64,000 bases of DNA from Thermoplasmatota archaeon (GTDB taxonomy: Archaea; Thermoplasmatota; Thermoplasmata; UBA10834). A model generated the notes under the pieces. It was not told where the DNA came from. It did not search any database and saw nothing but the letters and a program-made list of their open reading frames with translations. Within the stretch, counting starts at the first letter, position 1. Each line of letters starts with the position of its first letter. The position numbers and the translations under genes are program-made. The stretch is from contig JBFMHR010000004.1 in assembly GCA_040751795.1 (NCBI GenBank), positions 192,001-256,000 of the forward strand, written 5' to 3'. Below, piece after piece: positions 27,546-37,286 of the stretch.

Positions 27546-28348
27546 ATGTCGAGCACCTCGTCCATGCTCCCCGCCCTGTACCCCTCCAGGTCGACCGTGA
27601 CGTACGTGAACCCCAGGCCCTTCAGCCTCCTGACGAGCTCGTCCCTCCGCCCGCCACTCGCGAGCGCCGCGACCTCCGTCCTCGGCACCTCGATCCTGGC
27701 GACGGTCCCGTGCGCGCGGACCCTGGCCTGGGCGAACCCCAGGGACGCGAGCAGCTCCTCCGCCCGCTCGATCCTGTGGAGCAGCCTGGGGGTCAGCTCG
27801 TCGCCGTAGGGCACCCTGGTGGCCAGGCAGGGGCTCGGGGCCCTCGCGTGGGCGGCCAGGCCGAGGCGCTTGGATATCCTGACGACGTCCTTCTTCCCGA
27901 GGCCGGCCTCGGCCAGCGGGCTCCTGACCCCGAGCTCCCTCTTAGCCTCGAGCCCGGGCCTGAAGGAGAGCTCGTCGTCGGCGTTGGAGCCGTCCAGGAT
28001 GTGTGCGAGCGAGCGCTCGTCAGCGACCTTCCTGATCTCGGTGAACCCCGCCAGCTTGCACTTGTAGCACCTGTCCGGCGGGTTCGCGGAGAACGAGGGG
28101 TCCCTGAGGAGGTCCATCCTGACCAGGACGTGCGCTATGCCGATCCCCTTCGCGGTGGCCTTGGCCCAGCGGAGGTCGCCCCTCGGGTAGAGGGGTGAGT
28201 CGATCGTCACCGCCAAGGCCCCGTCCCCCAGCTCGTCCCGGGCGACCTTCGCCACGAGGGTGGAGTCGGCGCCGCCTGAGAAGGCGACCGCCGCGGAGCC
28301 CGCCGACCGTACGGTGGAGCGGAGCCTGTCGAGCTTCTTGTCGGTCAC
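27542..28348 (-). CDS. larE: ATP-dependent sulfur transferase LarE
   Basis: PP-loop SGGADS, RCYKCK, SPCLATR. Confidence 0.93.
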   Translation of the reverse strand: MTDKKLDRLRSTVRSAGSAAVAFSGGADSTLVAKVARDELGDGALAVTIDSPLYPRGDLRWAKATAKGIGIAHVLVRMDLLRDPSFSANPPDRCYKCKLAGFTEIRKVADERSLAHILDGSNADDELSFRPGLEAKRELGVRSPLAEAGLGKKDVVRISKRLGLAAHARAPSPCLATRVPYGDELTPRLLHRIERAEELLASLGFAQARVRAHGTVARIEVPRTEVAALASGGRRDELVRRLKGLGFTYVTVDLEGYRAGSMDEVLDI

Positions 28349-28509
28349 GGCACCGGACTCTAACGGCGGGTGCTTATTTCTAGTTTCGCGGCGCGCGCGG
28401 TGGCGTCCGCCGCTCGCCAGAATCCTTGGGCGCCGCGGCAACGGGGTGGAACATTATATATAGCGAGGCGAGAGGTAGTGAACGTGGGCTGGGCTTCCGG
28501 AGGAATAGC

Positions 28510-28782
28510 ATGGCCGAGGAGAACGTCATCTACATCGGGAAGAAGGCAACGATGAACTACGTCCTCGCGGTCGTGTCCCAGATCAATGGCGGGTGCAACG
28601 ACGTTTGCATCAAGGCCAGGGGCAGGGCCATCAGCAGGGCGGTAGACGTCGCGGAGATCGTTCGGAACAGGTTCGTCAAGGACCTCGGGTACAAGGACGT
28701 CAAGATAGAGACCGAGGTACTGCCAGGCGAGCACGGCGAGAGCGCCAATGTCTCCTCGATAGAGATCTACATGGAACGGTAG
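28510..28782 (+). CDS. albA: DNA/RNA-binding protein Alba
   Basis: 'IYIGKK..MNYVLA', '[15 protein letters not shown]', 'NVSSIEI'. Confidence 0.97.
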   Translation: MAEENVIYIGKKATMNYVLAVVSQINGGCNDVCIKARGRAISRAVDVAEIVRNRFVKDLGYKDVKIETEVLPGEHGESANVSSIEIYMER

Positions 28783-28907
28783 GGCGCGTTGCCCGGTCGC
28801 GACAGGCGGAGCACGGATGGGCCCAGTGCGCACCCTAGCCCCTCCGTCGGTTTTATCAGCGGGTAACCTAATCGTCCGGCGGGGCCTACGGCAACCAGGG
28901 TGCTGAT

Positions 28908-29684
28908 GTGATACTAGTCAAGCTAGGCGGCAGCGTCATCACGGACAAGTCGCGCCTCAGGTCGTTCAGGGCGAGCGCGTGCGAGAGGCTGGCGAAGGAG
29001 ATGCGGCCGGCGCTGCGCGAGGGCCTGCTCGTCGTCCACGGCGCGGGCTCCTTCGGCCACATAGTGGCGAAGCGGCACGCGCTCCACAAGGGGTTCAGGA
29101 GGCGCTCCCAGCTGGAGCACGTCGCGGGCGTCCAGAGGGACGTGCGCGAGCTGAACCTCAGGGTGCTCGGGGCGCTGATAGACAACGGCGTGAGCGCCGT
29201 TTCGGTGCCCCCGGCCGCCGCCTCTACCTTCGACGGCGGCGCGGTCACGAGCTTCTCCGACGAGGCCTTCGCGTCCCTCGTGGGGCTGGGCCTCGTCCCG
29301 GTCACGTTCGGGGACGTCGTGCCGGACGCGTCCATGGGGTTCTCGATCTGCTCCGGCGACCTCATGATGCTCGAGCTGGCCAAGGCCTTCAGGCCCAGGT
29401 TGGCGGTGTTCTGCGCCGACGTGGACGGCGTCTTCGACAGGGACCCGAAGCTGCACCGGGACGCGAGGCTCCTCGCGACCGTGGGCCCGTCCGACCTCTC
29501 CGATCTCTCCGGCCGGTCGGTGAACGCCGATGTCACCGGGGGCATGAGGGGCAAGCTGGAGCGCATGCTGGCCATCTCGTCCCACTGCGAAAAGTGTATG
29601 ATAGTGAACGGCAATGTGCGGGGGAGGCTGGAAGGCGCGGTCAGGGGCAGGAAGGTCCCCTCGACGGCGGTAGTGTCCAGGTAG
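28908..29684 (+). CDS. ipk: Isopentenyl phosphate kinase
   Basis: KLGGSVITDK, HGAGSFGH, SGD, DVTGGM; in an isoprenoid operon. Confidence 0.93.
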   Translation: MILVKLGGSVITDKSRLRSFRASACERLAKEMRPALREGLLVVHGAGSFGHIVAKRHALHKGFRRRSQLEHVAGVQRDVRELNLRVLGALIDNGVSAVSVPPAAASTFDGGAVTSFSDEAFASLVGLGLVPVTFGDVVPDASMGFSICSGDLMMLELAKAFRPRLAVFCADVDGVFDRDPKLHRDARLLATVGPSDLSDLSGRSVNADVTGGMRGKLERMLAISSHCEKCMIVNGNVRGRLEGAVRGRKVPSTAVVSR

Positions 29685-29694
29685 GTGCGGTCCA

Positions 29695-30774
29695 ATGGCG
29701 GGCGACGGCGAAGGGCGGCTCATAGAGAGGCGGAAGAGCGACCACATCGAGATCTGCGCCAGCGCGGACCTGGGGGTCGGCTACTCCTACTGGGACGACA
29801 TAAGGCTCATGCACAACGCGCTCCCGGAGGTGGACCTGGACGACATCGACACCTCCACGACCCTCTTCGGCAGGGAGCTCGGCGCACCCATCGTCATCTC
29901 GGCCATCACGGGCGGCTACGGCAAGGCCGAGGAGATCAACCGGACGCTCGCCTCCGTCGCCGAGCACTTCGGCCTCGGCATGGGCGTGGGCAGCCAGAGG
30001 GCGGCCCTGGAGAACCCGGAGCTGGCCTGCACCTACTCGGTCATCAAGGAGTTCGACGTCCCCCTCAGGATAGGCAACCTCGGCGCCCCCCAGCTGGTGA
30101 AGCAGGGGCTCAGGCCGCCCCTCACGGTGGAGGACGGCCGCGCGGCCATGGAGATGGTCGACGCCCACATCCTCGCGGTCCACCTCAACTTCCTCCAGGA
30201 GGTGGTCCAGCCAGAGGGCGACACGAGGGCCAAGGGCTGCCTCAGGGCGATCGAGGGCTTCGCGTCATCGCTCCCGGTGATGGCCAAGGAGACGGGCGCG
30301 GGCATATCCAGGGGCGTGGCCACGAGGCTGAGGCGCGCGGGCGTCAGGGGCATCGACGTGGGCGGCCTCGGGGGCACGAGCTTCTCCGCGGTCGAGTACT
30401 ACCGCGCGAGGTCCGTAGGCGACATGACGAGGGCCAACCTGGGCGAGACCTTCTGGGACTGGGGCGTCCCGACGCCGGTGTCGGTCGTCCTCGCGTCGGT
30501 CGGGCTCCCGGTCGTGGCGACGGGCGGCGTCAGGTCAGGGCTGGACGTGGCGAGGGCCGTGGCCATCGGGGCGGCCTCGGCCGGGCTGGCTGGCAGGCTG
30601 CTGCCCGCCGCGCTCGAGGGCGAGGAGGCCCTGGCCGCGGAGGTCGGGACGATCATACACGAGCTCAAGGCCGCCATGTTCCTGGTGGGGACGAGGAGCA
30701 TCGAGGAGCTCGGCGCAGCCAACGCCCTCGTGACCGGAAGGTCGAGGGAGTGGCTCGACAACGTCATGGAGTGA
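29695..30774 (+). CDS. fni: Type 2 isopentenyl-diphosphate isomerase
   Basis: 'RKSDHI', 'GVGSQR', 'HLNFLQE', 'KETGAG', 'GGTSF'. Confidence 0.96.
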   Translation: MAGDGEGRLIERRKSDHIEICASADLGVGYSYWDDIRLMHNALPEVDLDDIDTSTTLFGRELGAPIVISAITGGYGKAEEINRTLASVAEHFGLGMGVGSQRAALENPELACTYSVIKEFDVPLRIGNLGAPQLVKQGLRPPLTVEDGRAAMEMVDAHILAVHLNFLQEVVQPEGDTRAKGCLRAIEGFASSLPVMAKETGAGISRGVATRLRRAGVRGIDVGGLGGTSFSAVEYYRARSVGDMTRANLGETFWDWGVPTPVSVVLASVGLPVVATGGVRSGLDVARAVAIGAASAGLAGRLLPAALEGEEALAAEVGTIIHELKAAMFLVGTRSIEELGAANALVTGRSREWLDNVME

Positions 30775-30779
30775 ACTGG

Positions 30780-31763
30780 ATGGGATTCCCGGACGACTAC
30801 AAGGACAGGGTCAGGCGCATCAACGAGAGGCTCATGGGGAGCCTCGACGTGATGGAGGAGAAGAGGCTCCGCGAGGCCATGGCCCACTACCCCGCCGCGG
30901 GCGGGAAGAGGCTCAGGCCGCTCCTGGCGACGATGGTCTCCGAGGCGGTCGGCGGGAAGGCCGACGCGGCGATGCCCTTCGGGGTGGCCCTCGAGATGGT
31001 CCACAACTTCACCCTCGTCCACGACGACGTCATGGACGAGGACGACACGAGGAGGGGCCTGAAGACGGTCCACTCCCTCTACGGCGTCCCGGAGGCGATA
31101 CTCGCGGGCGACGCCATGTTCGCGCGCGCCTTCGAGATGGTCCTTGAGTCGGATTCGCCCTCCTCCGACCTCGTCGAGCTCACGGACATCCTCGCCCGCT
31201 CGGTGCGCCTGCTCGCCGAGGGCCAGCAGATGGACATGGACTTCGAGAGGAGGGAGGAGGTCTCCTCCGACGAGTACCTCAAGATGATAGAGCGCAAGAC
31301 CGCGGTCCTCTACTCGGCCGCCGCCCAGGGCGGCGCCATAGCCGGCGGGGGGACCGAGGCCCAGCAGGAGGCGCTCTTCGAGTACGGGAGGCTCATCGGC
31401 CTGGCGTTCCAGATCTGGGACGACGTCCTGGACCTCAGGTCCGACCAGAAGACCTTCGGCAAGCCCGTCCTGAACGACATCAGGAACGGGAAGAAGACCC
31501 TCATCGCGGTCCACGCGCTCGAGAACCTCAGGGGGCGCGAGCGCGAGGAGTTCCTCGCCGTCCTGGGGAAGAAGGACGCGGAGGAGAAGGAGCTCCGGAG
31601 GGCCCGGGACATCCTCGAGGCGGCCGGCTCGGTCGACCACGCGAGCAGGGTGTCCATGGAGCTGGTGGCCAAGGCGAAGGACAGGCTGGGAGTGCTCAAG
31701 GACTCGGTGCACAAGGACGCGCTCAGGGCGTTCGCGGACTACATGGTCGCGAGGAAGACCTAG
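30780..31763 (+). CDS. idsA: Geranylgeranyl/polyprenyl diphosphate synthase
   Basis: GGKRLRP, HDDVMD (FARM), DDVLD (SARM). Confidence 0.93.
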   Translation: MGFPDDYKDRVRRINERLMGSLDVMEEKRLREAMAHYPAAGGKRLRPLLATMVSEAVGGKADAAMPFGVALEMVHNFTLVHDDVMDEDDTRRGLKTVHSLYGVPEAILAGDAMFARAFEMVLESDSPSSDLVELTDILARSVRLLAEGQQMDMDFERREEVSSDEYLKMIERKTAVLYSAAAQGGAIAGGGTEAQQEALFEYGRLIGLAFQIWDDVLDLRSDQKTFGKPVLNDIRNGKKTLIAVHALENLRGREREEFLAVLGKKDAEEKELRRARDILEAAGSVDHASRVSMELVAKAKDRLGVLKDSVHKDALRAFADYMVARKT

Positions 31764-32425
31764 ACCACGCCGTTCCGGGTGAGCTTGAAGTCGGCCCTCT
31801 TGCCCTCCTCGAGGTGCCGGTGCTTGATTATCACGGCGCGACGGCTGCTGGCGCCGACCTTGTCGAGCCTTATGATCGCCTTGGCGTTGTGCAGGAGCAC
31901 GTGCCCGCCGAGGGGCTCGAAAGTCCCCTTCTCTATGTCGGTGTAGACCTGCGATGTGAGGAGCACGGGCATGCCCTTGTTCCTGGCGACCATCAGGAGC
32001 TTCGTCAGCTGGGTGCTGAGGGACTTCCTCGTGCCCTTCTCCTCGTCGTTCCTGGTCAGCCTGTAGTGGATGGTCGCGGAGTCGAGGATGATCACCCCCA
32101 CCTCCAGGGAGCTGTCGGCCAGCCTCACCGCCTTCTCGACCAGCCTCTCCTGGTCCTCGAAGGTGTGCGGCTCGAAGAAGAGGATGTGCTTCATGACCTC
32201 CTCGAACTCGTCCCCCGCCATCTGCCTGAGGCGCTCGAGCGAGACCCCCTCGGTGTCGATGTACAGGACCTTCTTGCCCTGGGAGGCGACGTTCCTGGCG
32301 ACCTGGAGGCAGATGTTGGTCTTGCCCGTGCCGGCCTCGCCGAACAGGAGGGTGATGGCCCCTCCCTCGAGGCCCCCCTCCAGGAGCCCGTCCAGGCCCG
32401 CCGAGCCTATCGCGACGTGCGCCAC
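31760..32425 (-). CDS. radB: DNA repair protein RadB
   Basis: GEAGTGKT, IDTEG, KHR motif. Confidence 0.95.
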   Translation of the reverse strand: MAHVAIGSAGLDGLLEGGLEGGAITLLFGEAGTGKTNICLQVARNVASQGKKVLYIDTEGVSLERLRQMAGDEFEEVMKHILFFEPHTFEDQERLVEKAVRLADSSLEVGVIILDSATIHYRLTRNDEEKGTRKSLSTQLTKLLMVARNKGMPVLLTSQVYTDIEKGTFEPLGGHVLLHNAKAIIRLDKVGASSRRAVIIKHRHLEEGKRADFKLTRNGVV

Positions 32426-32595
32426 GGGCCGCCATCGGGCTCGGTGGTGATAAGCGTTGCTGGTGCGAGTAGGTCAGAAGGGCCCCCGCCAGCGCGGGCC
32501 CCCGGCCCGCTTCGGGAGGGGCGCCTCGGACGGGGACGGCTCCGTGGGCCCCGGTCGAGGCATCCTTAATTACGGCCGAGGGCGTTCCCGCACCC

Positions 32596-33219
32596 GTGGC
32601 GGTCCACAGGGTAGGCGCGGAGGCGAGGCTCGACTCGTCCGTGTGGATGGGTCGGGACGTCGTGGTCAAGCAGCGCGTGGTCAAGGGCTACAGGCACCCC
32701 TCCCTCGACAAGGCGATACAGACGTCCAGGATCAGGAACGAGGCCCGGCTCCTGATGGAGGCGAGGAGGGCCGGGATAGCCGTGCCAGTCGTGTACTCGG
32801 TCGACTACGCCGAGAACAGGATCGTGATGGAGGAGGTCAAGGGCGCCCGGGTCAAGGACGCCCTCAACCTGCTCCCCGAGCCTGAGGCCCGCACGGTCTG
32901 CGCCAAGATCGGGGAGATCGCGGCCCGCCTGCACGCGGGCGACATCGTCCACGGGGACCTGACCACCAGCAACATGCTCCTGGAGGGGGAGAGGATAGTC
33001 CTCATCGACTTCTCCCTCGGCTCGAAGACCTCCGAGCTGGAGGACAAGGGCGTGGACATGCACCTCCTCGAGGAGGCGTTCCACTCCGCCCACCACCAGC
33101 GCAGCGGCCTCTACGAGGTCGTCAAGTCGTCGTACGTCGGCGGGTACTCGCAGGGGGACGCCGTCCTCAAGAAGGTGAAGGAGATCGAGAAGAGGGGGCG
33201 CTACACACGAAAGGAATAG
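32596..33219 (+). CDS. bud32: KEOPS complex kinase/ATPase Bud32
   Basis: GAEA, 'KGYRHPSLD', HGDLTTSN, IDF, C-terminal 'RGRY'. Confidence 0.94.
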   Translation: MAVHRVGAEARLDSSVWMGRDVVVKQRVVKGYRHPSLDKAIQTSRIRNEARLLMEARRAGIAVPVVYSVDYAENRIVMEEVKGARVKDALNLLPEPEARTVCAKIGEIAARLHAGDIVHGDLTTSNMLLEGERIVLIDFSLGSKTSELEDKGVDMHLLEEAFHSAHHQRSGLYEVVKSSYVGGYSQGDAVLKKVKEIEKRGRYTRKE

Positions 33220-33773
33220 CCTTCGTCACCAGCAACGACGGGAAGTTCAGGGAGATATCGCAGCAGCTGCGGGCCCACGGGTACGCGGTCGAGCACATAA
33301 GGACGAAGTACCCGGAGGTCCAGGCCGAGACGCTCGAGGAGACCATCGTGCCGGGCCTCGGGTGGCTGATGGAGAGGTACCCGCGCCCCCTGTTCATCGA
33401 CGACTCCGGCCTCTTCGTGGACGCCCTCAAGGGCTTCCCCGGGGTGTACTCCTCCTACGTGTTCAAGACCCTCGGCTGCGAGGGGATACTGAGGCTGATG
33501 GAGGGCGTGGAGGACCGGTCCGCGCGCTTCGAGTGCTGCATCGGGTACATGGAGCCGGGGGGCGAGCCCTTCATGGCCAAGGGGGTGGCCCGCGGGACCA
33601 TATCCCTCGAGAAGGCCGGGGCGGGCGGGTTCGGCTACGACCCCATATTCGTCCCCGAGGGCGACACGCGCACGTACGCGCAGATAGGCGTGGCGGAGAA
33701 GAACACCATGTCCCACAGGGGCCGGGCGATGGCCGGGTTCATCGAGGAGCTCCCGCGCCTCCTCGGCGAGTGA
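33216..33773 (+). CDS. rdgB: dITP/XTP pyrophosphatase (RdgB/HAM1), no canonical start codon
   Basis: 'IAFVTSNDGKFREI', DDSGL, GFPGVYS, GFGYDPIF, SHRG; homology starts at ATA 33216, overlapping the bud32 stop. Confidence 0.88.
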   Translation: MAFVTSNDGKFREISQQLRAHGYAVEHIRTKYPEVQAETLEETIVPGLGWLMERYPRPLFIDDSGLFVDALKGFPGVYSSYVFKTLGCEGILRLMEGVEDRSARFECCIGYMEPGGEPFMAKGVARGTISLEKAGAGGFGYDPIFVPEGDTRTYAQIGVAEKNTMSHRGRAMAGFIEELPRLLGE

Positions 33774-33827
33774 GCGAACCCTTTTATTCGGGCGGGGCAT
33801 AATCGGGTCGAGCGGGCCGTCCAGCGC

Positions 33828-33901
33828 GGGGTAGTGGTCTAGCTTGGTATGATACGTGCTTTGGGAGCATGAGGTCGTCGGTTCAAATCCGACCTACCCC
33901 A
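33828..33901 (+). tRNA. tRNA-Pro(TGG)
   Basis: GGGGTAG/CTACCCC acceptor stem, anticodon TGG at 33862-33864, TTCAAAT T-loop; CCA not encoded. Confidence 0.96.
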
Positions 33902-33907
33902 CACCCC

Positions 33908-35803
33908 TCACACCGCGGGCAGCAGGACGTGGAACAGGGCCCCCTGCGACGGGTCGCCCTCCACGCGGTCCTCGACCCAGATGCGCCCGCCGTACTTGTC
34001 CACGATCGTGCGCACTATCGACAGCCCAAGGCCGATGCCCTTCCCGCCGGCCAGCCTCGGCGTGAAGCGCTCGAAGATCTGCTCCTTCTTCTCGTCGGGC
34101 ACCCCGACGCCCCTGTCCGCGACGGTGATGTCCCAGAACCTCTTGCCCTCCTCCGTGACGGGCGCTATCTCGATGTCGATCCTCACCGTCTCGTGCGGGT
34201 CGTACTTCACGGAGTTGCTCAGGAGGTTCTGGAAGAGGTCGTGGATGAGCTCGTTCCCCCGCACGAGGCACTGGCTCTCCGCGCACTTCGTGGTGATCTC
34301 CAGCTTCTTGTCCGTCCTGACGGCCCTCATCTCCTCCGCGAGGCTGGCGATGGTGGAGACGAGGTCCACGGTGAGCATCTTCTCGGAGCCCCTCTCGCGT
34401 ATGTAGATGAGCTTCCTGATGCGGTTGATGAGCTCGTTGCTCAGCTCGAGCTGCTTCATCGCGACGCCGATCGCCTTCTCCTTCAGCTCCGGCGAGGCCT
34501 CGGGCCTCGCCGCGACGTCCAGGTACGAGCCTATGCCGGTGTTGTAGTTGCTGATGTCGTGGAAGAGGAGCCTGTTCATCATGTCGAGGTCCTCGTTCGC
34601 CTGGACGGTCTCCCTGATCAGCTGGCTGTTCCTGAAGGCGAGGGAGATGATGGAGCTGAAGACGCTCATGAGCTCGAGGAGGTCCTTCTCGAACATGACG
34701 TCCCTCTGCCTGTCGGTCGCGTAGATGACGCCGACGACGTCGTTCGCGCGGTCCCTGAGGGGGACCGCGAAGAGGTCGAACCGGTCGTCCTCCTGCCCAG
34801 GCGCCTGCCCCGCCCGGTCAGGCCCATGGACGTCCGCCCCCGGCGCCTTGAAGGGCATCATCGAGGGCCGGTCCGCGGCGAGCTGCTTCGCCGGCGTCCA
34901 GTAGAGGTCGTCGGTGAACCTGAACATGTCGTCGCAGTCCCTGTACACCGCGTCCCTGGTCAGGGCCTCCTCCTTGTCGGGGAGGCCGCTGGGCGAAATG
35001 AAGACATACCTGCTGGCGCGCGCGTCCCAAAGCGCCCCCCGGGCCTTCATGAACCCCAGCTCGGACGTCAGGAAGTCCGTCGCGGTCAGCAGTATCAGCT
35101 CCCCCCTCCTGAGGGAGACCATCCTCGTCGCTATGTTGAGCATCTTCGCGAATATCCTGGCCCTGCTGCTGTTCGCTGCCAGGAGGGCCTCCTGCGAGCG
35201 CCACACGCCGGCGAGTTCCAGGGCGACCGAGGCGATCGCCGCCAGGACCTCCACCCTGGACACGACCTCCTTGGACGGTATCATGCCGTCCGTGGTCTCG
35301 AGGATCTCGAGGGCGCCCAGCTCCCTCCCGTCCTTGTCGAACAGGATGGTGTCGATGAAGTCCATCATGTGCCAGTGCGCCGGCGATTCCCTGGGGGGGA
35401 CCTCCTGGGGGAAGCCCCGGTAGAACGCCGAGTCGAAGTCGTCGATCTTGACGTTCTCGCCCGGCGCGAGGTAGGTCAGGGCCCCCAGCTTCCTGTAGAC
35501 CTGGAGGGTCTCGTCCCACGAGTCCCTCGAGTAGGTCACGGACATGATGTCCCTCGCCTGGTCCTCCGGGTACCCGACGACGAACTTGATGTGCCACTCG
35601 CCCGTGCTCCGGTCGGTGACGTAGATGACGAGCTTCCTGATGGGGAACAGCGTCATCATCGAGCGGCCTATGGTCTCGAGGATGCGGTCCTCGTCCTTGT
35701 TGTAGAGCACCGCCAGGGCTATGTCGAGCACCCTGCTCGCCAGGGCCGTCTCCTCGGCGGCGGGGGCCGGGCGCGGCGCGGTGTCCGTTGGGTCCCCTTC
35801 CAT
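33908..35803 (-). CDS. Cytoplasmic GAF-domain sensor histidine kinase
   Basis: HDISN H-box, NLLSNSVKY, DRGVG, GIGLGL; GAF-like N-terminal region; start approximate. Confidence 0.9.
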   Translation of the reverse strand: MEGDPTDTAPRPAPAAEETALASRVLDIALAVLYNKDEDRILETIGRSMMTLFPIRKLVIYVTDRSTGEWHIKFVVGYPEDQARDIMSVTYSRDSWDETLQVYRKLGALTYLAPGENVKIDDFDSAFYRGFPQEVPPRESPAHWHMMDFIDTILFDKDGRELGALEILETTDGMIPSKEVVSRVEVLAAIASVALELAGVWRSQEALLAANSSRARIFAKMLNIATRMVSLRRGELILLTATDFLTSELGFMKARGALWDARASRYVFISPSGLPDKEEALTRDAVYRDCDDMFRFTDDLYWTPAKQLAADRPSMMPFKAPGADVHGPDRAGQAPGQEDDRFDLFAVPLRDRANDVVGVIYATDRQRDVMFEKDLLELMSVFSSIISLAFRNSQLIRETVQANEDLDMMNRLLFHDISNYNTGIGSYLDVAARPEASPELKEKAIGVAMKQLELSNELINRIRKLIYIRERGSEKMLTVDLVSTIASLAEEMRAVRTDKKLEITTKCAESQCLVRGNELIHDLFQNLLSNSVKYDPHETVRIDIEIAPVTEEGKRFWDITVADRGVGVPDEKKEQIFERFTPRLAGGKGIGLGLSIVRTIVDKYGGRIWVEDRVEGDPSQGALFHVLLPAV

Positions 35804-35957
35804 GCTACCGGGGCGGGTATAGGCATACCTGAATATTAACCGCTCAGTCACCAGTCGCCCCGCCAGGTTGCGCGGCCGCGCGGGACGGCCCCACGATGCC
35901 CCTAAATAGGGGGAACATATACCCCATTTCAGGAAAGGAGGCCGAGGGGGCCCTGCG

Positions 35958-37259
35958 ATGAGAAAGTGGAAGGAGATACCGCTCTACAAGGACGTCACCG
36001 CGAAGCAGTGGTCTGACTGGAAGTGGCAGGTCAAGAACCGGATAACCGACGTCGAGACGTTGGCGAAGGTCATCAACCTGTCCGATGAGGAGAAGGACGA
36101 GATACGCAACTCGACGAAGTACCTCCGCATGGCCATAACGCCCTACTACGCCAGCCTCATGGACCCGGACGACCCGGAGGACCCCGTGAGGAAGCAGGCC
36201 GTCCCGACGTCGCACGAGCTGCACGTGACCAAGGACGACATGGAGGACACCGTGGGCGAGACCACCGACGCGCCGCACGAGGGCCTGACCCACAGGTACC
36301 CCGACAGGGTCCTGTTCCTCCTGACGGACCAGTGCAGCATGTACTGCAGGCACTGCTGCAGGCGGAGGATCGTCGGCACGACCGACCACGCCCGCGGCTG
36401 GGACGAGATCAAGGAGGGCATAGACTACATCAGGGACACGCCCGAGGTCAGGGACGTCCTCCTCTCCGGCGGCGACGGACTGCTGGTCTCGGACCAGCTC
36501 CTGGAGAAGGTCATACGCGAGCTGAGGAAGATCAAGCACGTCCAGATCATCAGGATCGGCTCCAGGACCCCCGTGGTCATGCCGCAGAGGATCACCCCCG
36601 CGCTCGTCAGGATGCTGCGGAAATACCACCCGATCTGGCTCAACACCCACTTCAACCACCCGAAGGAGGTCACGCCCGAGTCGAGGAGGGCCGTCGAGAT
36701 GCTGGTGGACGCGGGCATCCCCGTGGGCAACCAGAGCGTGCTGCTGAAGGGCGTGAACGACTGCCCGGTCATCATGAAGAAGCTGGTGCAGGACCTGGTC
36801 TACATCAGGTGCAGGCCCTACTACATCTACCAGTGCGACATAGCCAAGGGTCTGGAGCACTTCAGGACGGCCACTGCCAAGGGGATAGAGCTCATCGAGG
36901 CCCTCAGGGGCCACACCTCCGGGTTCGCGGTGCCGGAGTTCGTCATCGACGCCCCCACGGGCGGCGGCAAGATCCCGGTCGGGCCGCAGTACCTCATATC
37001 GATGTCCGACAGGAGAGTCATCCTGAGGAACTACGAGGGCGGCATATTCCAGTTCCCCGAGGTCGAGGGCGACAGGGTCAGCAGGTGCCCGAAGGGGTGC
37101 AAGATGTGCGAGACCTACGGGCACCTCGAGTCCAGGGAGGGCGTCGCCGGCGTCCTCTCAGGACAGAAGCTGTGCCTCATCCCCGAGGGGACCCTGAGGG
37201 AGAAGCGCAGGGTCTCGTACCACAAGGGGAAGAAGGCCCCGAAGTGCACGGACGCCTGA
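35958..37259 (+). CDS. kamA: Lysine 2,3-aminomutase (radical SAM, PLP)
   Basis: THRYPDR, CSMYCRHC, LLSGGD, GGGKIP, C-terminal Zn cysteines. Confidence 0.92.
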   Translation: MRKWKEIPLYKDVTAKQWSDWKWQVKNRITDVETLAKVINLSDEEKDEIRNSTKYLRMAITPYYASLMDPDDPEDPVRKQAVPTSHELHVTKDDMEDTVGETTDAPHEGLTHRYPDRVLFLLTDQCSMYCRHCCRRRIVGTTDHARGWDEIKEGIDYIRDTPEVRDVLLSGGDGLLVSDQLLEKVIRELRKIKHVQIIRIGSRTPVVMPQRITPALVRMLRKYHPIWLNTHFNHPKEVTPESRRAVEMLVDAGIPVGNQSVLLKGVNDCPVIMKKLVQDLVYIRCRPYYIYQCDIAKGLEHFRTATAKGIELIEALRGHTSGFAVPEFVIDAPTGGGKIPVGPQYLISMSDRRVILRNYEGGIFQFPEVEGDRVSRCPKGCKMCETYGHLESREGVAGVLSGQKLCLIPEGTLREKRRVSYHKGKKAPKCTDA

Positions 37260-37286
37260 CCCCGCAAACACCTTCTCGAAAACCCT

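Noticed and set aside
33217-33260. Pyrrolysine or amber read-through of the bud32 TAG
   Set aside because: In-frame read-through gives PSSPATTGSSGR..., not RdgB; RdgB is in the -1 frame
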